A stretch of 64,000 nt of DNA from Sarcina sp. (GTDB taxonomy: Bacteria; Bacillota; Clostridia; Clostridiales; Clostridiaceae), in contig JBOGCG010000057.1 of assembly GCA_051656625.1 (NCBI GenBank), positions 3,387-67,386 on the forward strand, written 5' to 3'. Below are positions 10,364 through 21,261 of this stretch, one piece after another. Position 1 is the first letter of the stretch. Each line of letters starts with the position of its first letter. The notes beneath the pieces are model-generated. The model was not told where the DNA came from. It made no database searches and worked only from the letters and a program-made list of their open reading frames with translations. Both the position numbers and the translations under genes were made by a program.

Positions 10364-10776
10364 CACTTTTTCAATTATTTTTTTTATTTTTTTTGACATT
10401 TTTTATCCAGACATTGAAAACACTAGCTTTAGAGTTATTGTTTTTTTTAAATTTTATTATAAAAATATTACTTTCTCACTGTATTTTCTTTTTATCTACT
10501 GTTAAAAATATAAAAATAATAGTTTTTTTTCTTATGTAAAAAGTTTTTCTAAGCCTTTATTTATATTATTTCTTAAAAATCAAAAAATATTATTCTTTTT
10601 AAAGTTTTAAAGAAAACTCTCTCTTCTCTACTTTCTTTATATAGCATTTAAAACTCTTATGTTAAAATTAATTAAGCTTTTAAAAAATAAGCTTTGTAAA
10701 ATTTATAACTTATTTTTAAATATAACTTTTTACATAATAAATTATAAAAATAAAAAATTCAAAGGAGTGCTTTTTT

Positions 10777-12024
10777 ATGATATATCATGACTTAGTAATA
10801 CTAGGAGGTGGCGCCTCTGGACTTATGGCATCTATTGCAGCCCGCGATTTTGGCTTAGATGTAGCATTGGTTGAAGGAAATGATAGAGTTGGTAAGAAAA
10901 TATTAACTACAGGTAATGGTAGATGTAATATAACAAACTCTTTAATAGCTTTTCCTTTTTTAAATTATCATAGTTCAAATGATGGTTTCTATTGCAAAAC
11001 TTTAAATAAATTTTCTGTTGAAGATACTAAAGCCTTCTTCCTTAATGTTGGTCTTCCTATAGTTGAACTAACAAAAGGAAGAAACTATCCACAATCTCTT
11101 CAAGCATCATCAGTGGTTGATATCTTTAGATTTGCTATGGAAGATAGAGCTGTCCCTCTTTATAGTTCTTTTAAAGTAAGTAAGATAGAAAAAAGAAAAG
11201 ATAAGTTTATTCTTTTCACTAAAGATAGTACTGTAGAACCTATTAGCTGCTCTAAATTAGTTTTAGCTACTGGTGGAAGAAGTGCTATAGCTACTGGTTC
11301 TGATGGCTCTGGCTATAATTTAGCTGAAAGTTTAGGGCATAAAGTAATTTGGCAAAGTGAAGGAATAGTTCAATTAAAATTAGAACACCCTGCTTTAAAA
11401 GCTTTATCAGGAATAAAATTTGATGGTTTTGCTGAAGTAATTAGTAACGGTAATTCTCTTAGAAAAGAATTTGGAGAGATTCTATTTACTAACTATGGAA
11501 TTTCAGGACCTCCTATTTTACAAATCTCTAGAGAAGCTGCTAGAAGAACTGAAATTGGAGAAGATGTTAAAATAGTAGTTGATTTATCTCCTGATAAATC
11601 TAAAGAGGAATTAGAGGCCTTCCTTGAGGGACATTTTGCTATGATTGGCCATAGAAAGGTTGTAGATTCTCTAGTTGGAGTAATTAATAAAAAGCTTATT
11701 CCTATAATTCTAAGAGAAGCTGGTATTAGAGATTTACAAAAACCTTGCTACGATCTTAGTTGGAAAGAAAAAGCTAGTTTATTTAAATTGTTTAAACACT
11801 GGGAATTTAAATGTATTGGTGGAAATGGCTTTAACGCAGCACAAGTAACTATTGGGGGTGTTGATACTAAAGACATAAATCCTGAAACTTTAGAATCTAA
11901 AATTCATAAAAATCTTTATTTCTGTGGAGAAATATTAGATGTGGATGGTGACTGTGGTGGATTTAATCTGCAATGGGCTTGGAGTTCAGGCTATAACGTA
12001 GCCTTAAGTTGTTCTATTAATTAA
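10777..12024 (+). CDS. HI0933/BaiN-family NAD(P)/FAD-dependent oxidoreductase
   Basis: GGGASG, GKKILTTGNGRCNITN, GGFNLQWAWSSG. Confidence 0.92.
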   Translation: MIYHDLVILGGGASGLMASIAARDFGLDVALVEGNDRVGKKILTTGNGRCNITNSLIAFPFLNYHSSNDGFYCKTLNKFSVEDTKAFFLNVGLPIVELTKGRNYPQSLQASSVVDIFRFAMEDRAVPLYSSFKVSKIEKRKDKFILFTKDSTVEPISCSKLVLATGGRSAIATGSDGSGYNLAESLGHKVIWQSEGIVQLKLEHPALKALSGIKFDGFAEVISNGNSLRKEFGEILFTNYGISGPPILQISREAARRTEIGEDVKIVVDLSPDKSKEELEAFLEGHFAMIGHRKVVDSLVGVINKKLIPIILREAGIRDLQKPCYDLSWKEKASLFKLFKHWEFKCIGGNGFNAAQVTIGGVDTKDINPETLESKIHKNLYFCGEILDVDGDCGGFNLQWAWSSGYNVALSCSIN

Positions 12025-12094
12025 TTTAATTTTTATATAAAAATGCTGTATTGAAAAAAGGATTTTCCCTCTTTCAATACAGCATTTATTTATT

Positions 12095-12853
12095 TTATTT
12101 TTTTCTCCAAATGAATTCCATAGTATTAACTTCTTCTCCAAGTGAATTGAAAAAGTTATAAATTGTTTTAAATCCATTTTCTAATTCTATTAACTCTGCA
12201 TTTATTTTAACATCAAACTCTTTTTGCATTTCTTTTTCAAATTTTATATTCATTTCAGAAACTTCATAACCAATTAATCTTTCATCTTCAATAGCATTCA
12301 TTGCCCACTCTATATATCTAACATTATTAACATGTTTATTACTATCTCTGTCCGTTTGTCTGATTTTAAATATTTTTTCCGTAGCCTTATTATCTATATG
12401 CTTTATTTCTAGTCTCTCTGGCTTTTTAAACTCTTTTTTCTCAACTCCATATATTTCGTAGTATCTTTCTGGAATCTTAGTTAATCTTCTTCTTTTCATA
12501 TCTATAGTAACAGCTAATGCTAAAGCATCAAAAACAATTTCTCCATTACTGTCTTTTGCTATGTATCTTCTTGTTGCATAAAATTTTTGCAAGCTTTCAA
12601 CATATGTAGTTACTTTTATTTTTTCTCTGTATCTAGGATATCTATTAATTATAACCTTACAATCTAAAAATACCTGTGCTATTCCATCAGCATTTTCCTT
12701 TATAAAATCAATTCCGCCCTGCTCTCCATGAACTAAGGCTATGTCACCTAAAAAATCCATAATTGAAGTAAGCCTACAATTATAATTTTCGTCAATATCT
12801 CTAAAAAGTATTTCATATTCCTTTTCACATAAATTTAGACCTTTGTGTTCCAT
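12095..12853 (-). CDS. Acyl-ACP thioesterase
   Basis: DSNKHVNNVRYIEW motif; double hot-dog size. Confidence 0.88.
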   Translation of the reverse strand: MEHKGLNLCEKEYEILFRDIDENYNCRLTSIMDFLGDIALVHGEQGGIDFIKENADGIAQVFLDCKVIINRYPRYREKIKVTTYVESLQKFYATRRYIAKDSNGEIVFDALALAVTIDMKRRRLTKIPERYYEIYGVEKKEFKKPERLEIKHIDNKATEKIFKIRQTDRDSNKHVNNVRYIEWAMNAIEDERLIGYEVSEMNIKFEKEMQKEFDVKINAELIELENGFKTIYNFFNSLGEEVNTMEFIWRKK

Positions 12854-12991
12854 AAAAAAACTCCTCCTAAGTTAAAACTTTACTAATTAATTATAATACA
12901 ATTATGTACTTTTAGTGAAAATCTAAATCAAATTTTATTAGCTTTTTATTTAAAATAAAAAAAAGGACTCCGAAGAGTCCCCTATTTTATC

Positions 12992-13534
12992 TTAGTTGAA
13001 ATATCTGTTTAATAAACCAGCGAAAGCTTTTCCGTGTCTAGCTTCGTCTTTACACATTTCGTGAACTGTGTCATGAACTGCATCTAAGTTTAATTCTTTA
13101 GCTAATTTAGCTAAATCTAATTTACCTTGGCAAGCACCATGCTCAGCGTTTACTCTAGCTTGTAAGTTAGCTTTTGTATCAGCTTCTACAACTTCACCTA
13201 ACATTTCAGCAAATTTAGCTGCATGTTCTGCTTCTTCAAAAGCTATTCTTTTGTAAGCTTCTGCTACTTCTGGATGTCCTTCTCTATCAGCTTGTCTTGA
13301 CATTGCTAGGTACATTCCTACTTCTGTACATTCTCCCATGAAGTTAGCTTGTAATCCTTCGATTATTCTTGAATCTACACCTTTAGCTATTCCTACTCTA
13401 TGCTCATCAGCGAATACCATTTCTCCGCTTTGCTCCATGAACTTATCAGCACCTACTCCACATAATGGACATTTAGCTGGTGCAGCTTCTCCTTCATAAA
13501 CATATCCACATACTGTACAAACAAATTTTTTCAT
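12992..13534 (-). CDS. rbr: Reverse rubrerythrin (NADH peroxidase)
   Basis: N-terminal CTVCGY...CPLC rubredoxin domain; EEAEH and DEARH diiron motifs. Confidence 0.93.
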   Translation of the reverse strand: MKKFVCTVCGYVYEGEAAPAKCPLCGVGADKFMEQSGEMVFADEHRVGIAKGVDSRIIEGLQANFMGECTEVGMYLAMSRQADREGHPEVAEAYKRIAFEEAEHAAKFAEMLGEVVEADTKANLQARVNAEHGACQGKLDLAKLAKELNLDAVHDTVHEMCKDEARHGKAFAGLLNRYFN

Positions 13535-13622
13535 AATTGTAATCCTCCTAAAGATTAATTTTTTATATATTTATCATTTACTATTTTGTTTTAAAATTAA
13601 GTTTTCCTTACCTGTTGATATT

Positions 13623-13651
13623 ATTATATAATAATTATTATTAATTAGCAA
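13623..13651 (-). promoter_or_regulatory. sigma-A promoter of rbr with a PerR-like box in the spacer
   Basis: TTGCTA-17-TATAAT; spacer TAATAATAATTATTA matches TTATAATnATTATAA at 13/15. Confidence 0.6.
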
Positions 13652-13780
13652 TAGTTTTCCTTTAACTTTTTTAATTTTTTTTATATTTTTTTTAAAGTAG
13701 CTTATTTACTTGTTTTTAAGGTAAAAAAATAACACTAGCTAATTAAATTTAAATTTAATTAGCTAGTGTTACTCTAAAAA

Positions 13781-13963
13781 TTACTTATTTAATGCTTCTA
13801 ATAAACCATTTAAGTCTAATCCATGAACCATAGCAGCTTCTTCAATTGATTCTGCTTGAGCTGATGGACATCCTACGCATCCCATTCCAAATTGCATTAA
13901 TACTTCTGCTTTGCTTTGATCTGCTCTTAATATTTCACCAATAGTCATATCTTTTGTTATCAT
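13781..13963 (-). CDS. DUF1858 (hybrid-cluster-associated redox) protein
   Basis: [10 protein letters not shown]...[23 protein letters not shown]. Confidence 0.9.
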   Translation of the reverse strand: MITKDMTIGEILRADQSKAEVLMQFGMGCVGCPSAQAESIEEAAMVHGLDLNGLLEALNK

Positions 13964-14041
13964 GATTTTCATCTCCCTATAATGTATGTTTAAAATAATT
14001 ATACTAAAGTAAAGTTTTAATTTCAACTAAAATAGTAGGAT

Positions 14042-14509
14042 TTAAAACTCTATTCTTTCCTTTACTTCTCTTATGACCACTCTATCTGGTGGATTAATAT
14101 CCTCCATAGTTGGCAATTGATTTTTTGAGAAAAATTTAGCTGAAAGAGTTTCTGTAGAATCTAAATTTATTTTTCCTTCAAAGCTTTTAGTTATGAAAAT
14201 TGTTGAAGCATTATAAATTTCATCTCCATTTGGATAGATATAATGACATTCTTCTCCTGAAAAAACATCAAAAAGCTCTAAATTTTTAACTTTTAAATTA
14301 ACCTCTTCCAAAGCTTCTCTCTCTGCTGTTTCCTTAAAAGTCTCTCCAAGTTCCATAGAACCACCTGGAATTCCCCACTTACCATTATCTGTTCTCTGTT
14401 GTAATAGAAGTTTATTTTCAGCATTAAAAATCAACACTCCTGCTGATGTCATAATAATTGGTCTTCTGCCATTTTTTAATTCTTTCCTTAATTTTAAAAT
14501 GTATCCCAT
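14042..14509 (-). CDS. NUDIX hydrolase
   Basis: GGSMELGETFKETAEREALEEVNL Nudix box. Confidence 0.92.
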   Translation of the reverse strand: MGYILKLRKELKNGRRPIIMTSAGVLIFNAENKLLLQQRTDNGKWGIPGGSMELGETFKETAEREALEEVNLKVKNLELFDVFSGEECHYIYPNGDEIYNASTIFITKSFEGKINLDSTETLSAKFFSKNQLPTMEDINPPDRVVIREVKERIEF

Positions 14510-14576
14510 TTCTATCACCTCTTAGTATATATGATATCACTATTTAACTAAAATATTTATTTAGTAGATAAAAATA

Positions 14577-14662
14577 AGCTATATCACTTCAAAATATTTT
14601 ACTGCTAAGCCAGATAATTTTCTGGCCTCTATAGCAGTAATTATTTTGATTATAATATAGCT
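14577..14662. repeat. Nested palindromic element (dispersed family), probable terminator of urease operon 1
   Basis: agctatatca...aatatagct outer arms with an inner actgcta/tagcagt stem. Confidence 0.6.
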
Positions 14663-14663
14663 C

Positions 14664-15509
14664 TTAATATTTTCTAATATTAATTGGTTCTAGTTCAAAT
14701 AACTCTTTTCTTAAAGCAAAATGTACAATGTCTATTGCTTTTTGTATTTCTTGAGTTAATTTTCCTAATACCCTTATTATTAATCCATTACTTTCAAGTA
14801 ATGATACTCCAAATTTAATATCTAAATTTAAACTATCAATTAACTCTCTAGCTTTATCAATATGGCTTTCATTGATTCTCTCATCAATAACTACCATTGT
14901 TCCAAAGTTAACATAGCCTTCTAGGATTCCCATTGAAGTTACATCATATTCCTTTGGCTTTAATTCTAAATTATCTAATAGTAATAATTTATTATCTACA
15001 TATATTTTATTTCTCATTCTTACAGCTTCATATTGGAACTTAGCTCCATCTGGTGACCACCCTGAAGTTATTCCATCTGTATATATTAAAGATGCTTTTT
15101 TATCCATATAAATTGTAGTATCTTGATCATACTTAGCATTTTTATATAAAATTACGCTATCAGAAATATATTCAAGTCTTGAACCTGCTTCCATTTTAAT
15201 AGTTGTAATTTGACGTGCAGCCTCTTTATTTTTTTCACATTTATAAACTTTTGTAGGTGATTGAGTAGTAATTATTACTTCTGCATCTTCTTTTACTTCA
15301 ATTAAACTTTTATAAATTTCACCCTCTACATATCCACCACCTAAGTGTAATAGAAAATAGGCAGGTGTTTTTTCTCTACCTAAGTACATACTTGGAGAAA
15401 TCTTTGATGCTCCTACAAAATAAGAGGTTGTTGCCACTGTACCCTTTGATAGATTTTCTAAAATAAGCTCAGAGTTACCGGCTATTTTACTATTCATATC
15501 ATTAATCAT
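14664..15509 (-). CDS. ureD: Urease accessory protein UreD (operon 1)
   Basis: GGGYVEGE, TTQSPTKVYK, GWSPDG..F.Y. Confidence 0.93.
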   Translation of the reverse strand: MINDMNSKIAGNSELILENLSKGTVATTSYFVGASKISPSMYLGREKTPAYFLLHLGGGYVEGEIYKSLIEVKEDAEVIITTQSPTKVYKCEKNKEAARQITTIKMEAGSRLEYISDSVILYKNAKYDQDTTIYMDKKASLIYTDGITSGWSPDGAKFQYEAVRMRNKIYVDNKLLLLDNLELKPKEYDVTSMGILEGYVNFGTMVVIDERINESHIDKARELIDSLNLDIKFGVSLLESNGLIIRVLGKLTQEIQKAIDIVHFALRKELFELEPINIRKY

Positions 15510-15510
15510 A

Positions 15511-16122
15511 TTAAGCTATTCCCTCTAATAAACATTTTTCTTTTATCCACTTAATTACAGTTTCTATACCTTCATCTGTTTTTAAGTTAGTGAATATAAA
15601 GTCTTTTTGTCCTCTAAAAGTTAATGTATCTTCTCTCATAACCTCAAGATTTGCTCCTACATATGGTGCTAAGTCAATTTTATTTATAACAAATAAATCA
15701 CTCTTTATCATACCTTGACCTGCTTTTCTAGGTATTTTTTCACCTTGAGCAACGTCTATTATGTATATTGAAAAATCAACTAAATCTGGGCTAAAAGTAG
15801 CTGCTAAGTTATCTCCACCACTTTCAAGGAATATTATATCTAAGTCTTCAAACTTGTGTTTTAAATCTTCAATTGCTGCAAAGTTCATTGAAGCATCTTC
15901 TCTTATTGCAGTATGAGGACATCCACCAGTTTCAACACCAACGATTCTTCCCTCTTCTAAAACTGAGTTTTTAACCATAAATTTAGCATCTTCTTTTGTA
16001 TATATATCATTAGTTATTACTGCTAATTCATAATCCTTTGCCATTTGTCTTGTAACTCTTTCTATTAAAAGAGTTTTTCCTGCTCCAACAGGTCCTCCAA
16101 CACCAATTACTACTTGTTTCAT
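15511..16122 (-). CDS. ureG: Urease accessory GTPase UreG (operon 1)
   Basis: [28 protein letters not shown]. Confidence 0.96.
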   Translation of the reverse strand: MKQVVIGVGGPVGAGKTLLIERVTRQMAKDYELAVITNDIYTKEDAKFMVKNSVLEEGRIVGVETGGCPHTAIREDASMNFAAIEDLKHKFEDLDIIFLESGGDNLAATFSPDLVDFSIYIIDVAQGEKIPRKAGQGMIKSDLFVINKIDLAPYVGANLEVMREDTLTFRGQKDFIFTNLKTDEGIETVIKWIKEKCLLEGIA

Positions 16123-16162
16123 AATTAATCCCTCCATTTTTTCCTTCGTATAATTTAAAATT

Positions 16163-16240
16163 GGGCTGTATCAAAACTTAAAAAATATTTTACTGCCATT
16201 ATCTTCTAGGCAACATAGACTTTTAAATTTGATACAGCCT
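16163..16240. repeat. Palindromic element gggctgtatcaaa...tttgatacagcct between ureE and ureG
   Basis: About 12-bp inverted arms; related copies elsewhere in the window. Confidence 0.7.
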
Positions 16241-16248
16241 CTATAATT

Positions 16249-16479
16249 TTAGTGTATATGATCCCCTTCAATATCTCTGAAAGGTTTTTCAAGTTCTATT
16301 TCTTCAACAGAATATTTTATATCATTTGATTTTAAAATCTCTTCAATTTTAGGATCACATTTTAATAACATTTTCCCATCTTTGAATTCTGCTGGTAAAT
16401 GTCTATTTCCTAATGAATGAGCAAGCTCACCCATTTCAGCCATTGTATTTGCTGTTAAAGCAAAAACTTTTACTAACAT
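16249..16479 (-). CDS. ureE: Mini-UreE (C-terminal metal-binding domain only), operon 1
   Basis: EMGELAHSLGNRHLP and C-terminal HIH; 76 aa with its own GGAGG SD. Confidence 0.85.
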   Translation of the reverse strand: MLVKVFALTANTMAEMGELAHSLGNRHLPAEFKDGKMLLKCDPKIEEILKSNDIKYSVEEIELEKPFRDIEGDHIH

Positions 16480-16502
16480 TGTTTTCCCTCCAATTTTTAA
16501 AA

Positions 16503-18218
16503 TTAGAATAAGAAGTATCTTTGAGCCATTGGAAGTTCTGTTGCTGGTTCACAGTTTATAAGCTCTCCATCAACTGTAACATCATAAGTTTGAGGATCTA
16601 CTTCTAATTTTGGCATTGCATCATTAAGTTTCATATCCTTCTTAGTTAAACTTCTGATTCCTTTAACTGGTTTTACTATTCTTTCAAGTCCTAATTCTTC
16701 TTTTATTCCATGCTCATGAGCATATTGTGAAACGAAAGTTATACAAGTACTTCCTAAAGCTTTACCACGAGCTCCAAACATATGTCTTAAAAGTTCTGGT
16801 TGACATGTTGGTATAGAAGCGTTTGATTCTCCCATTACTGATAAGTTAACCATTCCACCTTTAATTATTATTTTAGGTTTAACTCCAAAGAAAGCAGGAT
16901 CCCAAAGTACTAAATCAGCAAATTTACCTACTTCTACTGAACCTATTTCTTCTGACATACCTTGAGCTATTGCAGGGTTAATTGTGTATTTAGCAATATA
17001 TCTTTTAATTCTGTTGTTATCGCTATATTCTGAATCACCTTCCATAATACCTCTTTGATGTTTCATTTTGTGAGCTGTTTGCCATGTTCTTGAAATAACC
17101 TCTCCAATTCTTCCCATAGCCATAGTATCTGAACTCATGATGCTTAATACTCCCATATCTTGAAGTATATCTTCCGCTGCTATAGTTTGTTTTCTTATTC
17201 TTGAATCAGCAAATGCTATATCTTCTGGAACTTTAGAATCTAAGTGATGACAAACCATTAGCATATCTAAATGCTCTGCTATTGTATTTACTGTATAAGG
17301 TTTTGTTGGATTAGTTGAAGCTGGTAAAACATTTAAATGTGATGCTAATTTTATAATATCCGGAGCATGTCCACCACCAGCTCCCTCTGTATGGAATGTA
17401 TGAATAACTCTTCCTGCTATTGCATCTATTGTATTTTCTACAAATCCACATTCGTTTAATGTATCTGTGTGGATACCAACCTGTATGTCATATTCATCTG
17501 CAACTCTTAAAGCATAATCTATAGCTGATCTAGTTGCACCCCAATCTTCATGAACTTTAAGCCCACAAGCACCAGCTCTTATTTGTTCTGCACTTACTTC
17601 CATAGTAGCTCCACTACCTTTTCCCATAATCCCTACATTTACTGGAATATCTTCAAAAGCTTCAAGCATTCTATGTATATTCCATTCCCCAGGTGTTGCT
17701 GTAGCGGCATTAGTTCCATCATTAGGACCAGTTCCACCACCAACAACAGTAGTTATTCCACCATGTAAAGCTGATTCTGCTATATCTGGAGTAATATAAT
17801 GAACATGAGTATCTATTCCACCAGCTGTTAATATCATACCTTCTCCAGCCAATGCTTCTGTACTTGAACCAACTATGAAATCAACATTATCCATAACATG
17901 TGGATTTCCACCTTTACCTATAGCTGCTATTCTTCCATCTTTTATTCCAATATCTGCTTTGTATATACCCATATAATCTATAACTGTAGCACCAGTTATT
18001 ATAAAGTCTACAACTTTAGGATTTTTTCTAGTTTCTAAAGCATTTTGCCCCATACCGTCTCTTAAAGTTTTTCCACCACCAAATTTACTTTCATCACCAT
18101 AATTTGTATAATCTTTTTCTATTTTTATAAATAAATCTGTATCAGCAAGTCTTATACTGTCCCCTGTTGTAGGTCCAAAAAGATCTGAATAATGTTTTCT
18201 CTCTATTTCAAAACTCAT
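16503..18218 (-). CDS. ureC: Urease alpha subunit (operon 1)
   Basis: [37 protein letters not shown] ligands intact. Confidence 0.98.
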   Translation of the reverse strand: MSFEIERKHYSDLFGPTTGDSIRLADTDLFIKIEKDYTNYGDESKFGGGKTLRDGMGQNALETRKNPKVVDFIITGATVIDYMGIYKADIGIKDGRIAAIGKGGNPHVMDNVDFIVGSSTEALAGEGMILTAGGIDTHVHYITPDIAESALHGGITTVVGGGTGPNDGTNAATATPGEWNIHRMLEAFEDIPVNVGIMGKGSGATMEVSAEQIRAGACGLKVHEDWGATRSAIDYALRVADEYDIQVGIHTDTLNECGFVENTIDAIAGRVIHTFHTEGAGGGHAPDIIKLASHLNVLPASTNPTKPYTVNTIAEHLDMLMVCHHLDSKVPEDIAFADSRIRKQTIAAEDILQDMGVLSIMSSDTMAMGRIGEVISRTWQTAHKMKHQRGIMEGDSEYSDNNRIKRYIAKYTINPAIAQGMSEEIGSVEVGKFADLVLWDPAFFGVKPKIIIKGGMVNLSVMGESNASIPTCQPELLRHMFGARGKALGSTCITFVSQYAHEHGIKEELGLERIVKPVKGIRSLTKKDMKLNDAMPKLEVDPQTYDVTVDGELINCEPATELPMAQRYFLF

Positions 18219-18541
18219 TATTTATTCACTCCTTCATCTAAATATCCATCAACTTTATTATTTAATCCATAAACTCTTCTTGTTCCAGCTATATCGATTA
18301 AATTAACTATTTTCTCATCACCTGGTTCAAATCTAACAGCTGTTCCTGATGGTATATCTAATCTTTTTCCGTAGGCTTCATCTCTATTAAAATCTAAAGC
18401 TACATTCACTTCATAGAAATGAAAATGTGAACCAACTTGTACTGGTCTATCTCCTGTATTTTTTACTTTAACTTGAATAGCTTCAAACCCTACATTATAT
18501 TGTATTGGTTCTTCTGCTAATATGTATTCTCCTGGTATCAT
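18218..18541 (-). CDS. ureB: Urease beta subunit (operon 1)
   Basis: [35 protein letters not shown]. Confidence 0.97.
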   Translation of the reverse strand: MIPGEYILAEEPIQYNVGFEAIQVKVKNTGDRPVQVGSHFHFYEVNVALDFNRDEAYGKRLDIPSGTAVRFEPGDEKIVNLIDIAGTRRVYGLNNKVDGYLDEGVNK

Positions 18542-18596
18542 AATTAAACCTCCTAATAAATAAGAATTTAAATCTTACTTAATTCTTTAATTTTTA

Positions 18597-18899
18597 CTAT
18601 TGAATTGGATCATGAACTGTTACAAGTTTAGTTCCATCTGGGAATGTACATTCAACTTGTATCATGTGTATCATTTCTGAAATTCCTTCCATAACTTGAT
18701 CTCTCTTAAGAATTTGTCTACCTTCGTTCATAAGATGCTCAACAGTTTTACCTTCTCTAGCACCTTCCATTATTTCATCAGTTATAAGTGCTACTGATTC
18801 AGGATAGTTTAATTTTATTCCTTTAGCTAATCTTCTTCTAGCAACATCTGCAGCTACAACTATCATTAACTTCTCTTGTTCTTTCATTGATAATCTCAC
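18597..18899 (-). CDS. ureA: Urease gamma subunit (operon 1)
   Basis: [20 protein letters not shown]; GTG start with GGAGG SD. Confidence 0.97.
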   Translation of the reverse strand: MRLSMKEQEKLMIVVAADVARRRLAKGIKLNYPESVALITDEIMEGAREGKTVEHLMNEGRQILKRDQVMEGISEMIHMIQVECTFPDGTKLVTVHDPIQ

Positions 18900-19172
18900 A
18901 ACTATTTCCTCCTTTGTACATCAACTATTTATAATATCCCTTTTAGGTTATTAACTAATTTTTTTAATCAATTAAAAACCTATTACTCAGTAAAAAAACT
19001 TGTCCAATCGAAGAACAAAATTTCTTCACTAAAAAGTTAGTTTTACTTAAGCGATAAGCTTTCTTTTTCATATTAAAATTAAAACCATATTAACCAAACT
19101 ATTATTTTTTATAATCAATCTTATAAAAAAATAGAATTTCAATATGATACATTAATTTACTTATTCAATACC

Positions 19173-19201
19173 AATTTATACTTTTAATTAAGAACTGTCA
19201 A
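19173..19201 (-). promoter_or_regulatory. Putative sigma-A promoter of urease operon 1
   Basis: TTGACA-17-TAAATT about 270 nt upstream of ureA. Confidence 0.5.
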
Positions 19202-19459
19202 AAAAGACTTTTATCAGTTGTTTAAGCAATTCCCTCTTATATTTTTTAACTCTAATAAAAAAACCTTTTCTTTATATAATTATTAAATTTTTTCTACAAT
19301 CTAGTAAATAAACGATAAATTTTATTAATATGTTAATTTTTTTTCATAAAAATAATCAAACTATATTCATTTTGAAAAATAACTAATAGATTTATTATTT
19401 TTTACCAATAAAATTCGAAATAATTTATTAAAATAATGATACTTCATCAAATTAAAGTA

Positions 19460-19498
19460 ATAGTTACTGCTTATTTTTAAATTTTAAACAGTAACTAT
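19460..19498 (-). terminator. Terminator after ureD of operon 2
   Basis: atagttactg/cagtaactat stem. Confidence 0.6.
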
Positions 19499-19518
19499 CT
19501 TTTAAATTTTATATACCA

Positions 19519-20364
19519 TTAATATTTTCTTATATTTATAGGTTTTAGTTCAAATAAATTGTCTCTTAAATAATAATGGACTTCATCAATAGCTTTTTGT
19601 ATTTCCTGAGTTAAATTTCCTAAAACTCTTAATATTAAGCCATTTTTCTCTAATAGAGAAACTCCATATTTAAGATTTAAATTTAAATTCTTTATAAGTT
19701 CTCTAGCTTTTTCAACATAGCTTTCATCTATTCTTTCATCTATTACCAACAATGTTCCAAAATTGATGTAACCTTCTAAAATCCCAAGCTTTGTTACATC
19801 ATAATCCTTTGGTATTAGCTCTAAATTATCTAAAAGTAAAAGCTTTCCTTGAAAGTAAACTTTATTTCTCATTCTTACTGATTCATACTGAAATTTAGCT
19901 CCATCAGGTGACCACCCTGAGGTAATTCCATCAGTGTAAATTAAAGTAGCTCCAGCTTCTATATTTATTATGGTATCTTGATTATATTTAGCATTCTTAT
20001 ATAAAATCACAGCATCTGAAATATATTCAAGCCTTGAACCTTTTTCCATATTTATAATAGTTTGCTGCTGAGATGGTTCTTTATTTTTTTCACACTTATA
20101 AACTTTAGTCGGAGCTTGAGTTGTTATTATAACTTTCGCACTCTTTTTCACTTCAATTAAACTTTTATAAATCTCGCCCTCTACATATCCCCCACCTAAA
20201 TGAAGTAAAAAATAACAGGGTGTTTTTTCTCTACCTAAAAATATTGCTGGGGAAATTTTAGAAGCTCCTACAAAATAACAAGTGCTTGCTACAGTACCAT
20301 TTTCTTTTTCCTCTAAAACAAGCTTAGAATTTCCTGCAATTTTACTTTCTATTTCATTTATCAT
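19519..20364 (-). CDS. ureD: Urease accessory protein UreD (operon 2)
   Basis: Paralog of 14664-15509 with the same motifs. Confidence 0.93.
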   Translation of the reverse strand: MINEIESKIAGNSKLVLEEKENGTVASTCYFVGASKISPAIFLGREKTPCYFLLHLGGGYVEGEIYKSLIEVKKSAKVIITTQAPTKVYKCEKNKEPSQQQTIINMEKGSRLEYISDAVILYKNAKYNQDTIINIEAGATLIYTDGITSGWSPDGAKFQYESVRMRNKVYFQGKLLLLDNLELIPKDYDVTKLGILEGYINFGTLLVIDERIDESYVEKARELIKNLNLNLKYGVSLLEKNGLILRVLGNLTQEIQKAIDEVHYYLRDNLFELKPINIRKY

Positions 20365-20365
20365 C

Positions 20366-20977
20366 CTAAGAAATTCCTTCTAATAAACATTTTTCTTTAA
20401 TCCACTTAATTACTGTTTCAACACCCTCATCTGTCTTTAAGTTAGTAAATATAAAATCTTTTTGTCCTCTAAAAGTTAAAGTATCTGCTCTCATAACTTC
20501 TAAATTAGCTCCAACATAGGGAGCTAAATCAATTTTATTTATAACAAACAAATCACTTTTTATCATACCTTGCCCTGCTTTTCTTGGTATTTTTTCACCT
20601 TGAGCAACATCTATTATATATATTGAAAAATCAACTAAATCTGGACTAAAAGTAGCTGCTAAATTATCTCCACCACTTTCTACAAAAATAATATCTAAAT
20701 TATCAAATTTATGTTTTAAATCCTCTATTGCTGCAAAGTTCATTGAAGCATCTTCTCTAATAGCCGTATGTGGGCACCCACCTGTTTCCACTCCTACAAT
20801 TCTACCTGCATCTAAAACTGAATTTTGAACCATAAATTTAGCATCTTCTTTTGTATAAATATCATTAGTTATTACAGCTAGTTCATAATCCTTTGCCATA
20901 ACCCTTGTAACTCTTTCTATCAAAAGAGTTTTTCCTGCTCCTACAGGTCCTCCAACTCCGATTACCACTGGTCTCAT
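20366..20977 (-). CDS. ureG: Urease accessory GTPase UreG (operon 2)
   Basis: [13 protein letters not shown]. Confidence 0.96.
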   Translation of the reverse strand: MRPVVIGVGGPVGAGKTLLIERVTRVMAKDYELAVITNDIYTKEDAKFMVQNSVLDAGRIVGVETGGCPHTAIREDASMNFAAIEDLKHKFDNLDIIFVESGGDNLAATFSPDLVDFSIYIIDVAQGEKIPRKAGQGMIKSDLFVINKIDLAPYVGANLEVMRADTLTFRGQKDFIFTNLKTDEGVETVIKWIKEKCLLEGIS

Positions 20978-21008
20978 AGTTATTCTCCTTTCCTATTTAT
21001 GAAATTAA

Positions 21009-21239
21009 TTAATGAATATGTCCCATATCTATATCTCTAAATGGTTTTTCAAGTTCTACCTCTTCTTTTGAATATTTTATAGCACTATCATTTAATATTT
21101 TTTCTACTGTATCATTAAGTTGAAGTAGCATTTTACCTTCTTTGAACTCTGCTGGTAGATGTCTATTTCCCAGGGAATGTGCTATTCTTCCCATCTCTGC
21201 CATAGAGTCTGCTGTAATTACAAAAACCTCTGTTTTCAT
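21009..21239 (-). CDS. ureE: Mini-UreE (C-terminal domain only), operon 2
   Basis: Start at MKTEVF after GGAGGGG SD; AHSLGNRHLP, C-terminal HIH; 76 aa. Confidence 0.85.
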   Translation of the reverse strand: MKTEVFVITADSMAEMGRIAHSLGNRHLPAEFKEGKMLLQLNDTVEKILNDSAIKYSKEEVELEKPFRDIDMGHIH

Positions 21240-21261
21240 AAATCCCCTCCTATTTTCATCC

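Noticed and set aside
13730-13771. Near-perfect ~40-bp palindrome
   Set aside because: Its position right after the DUF1858 stop, with a T-run, fits an ordinary intrinsic terminator
18900-19518. NiCo or another known riboswitch, or a leader peptide, upstream of ureA1
   Set aside because: No recognisable consensus; the only micro-ORF (TTG, 13 aa) has poor SD spacing; kept only as an unclassified structured leader
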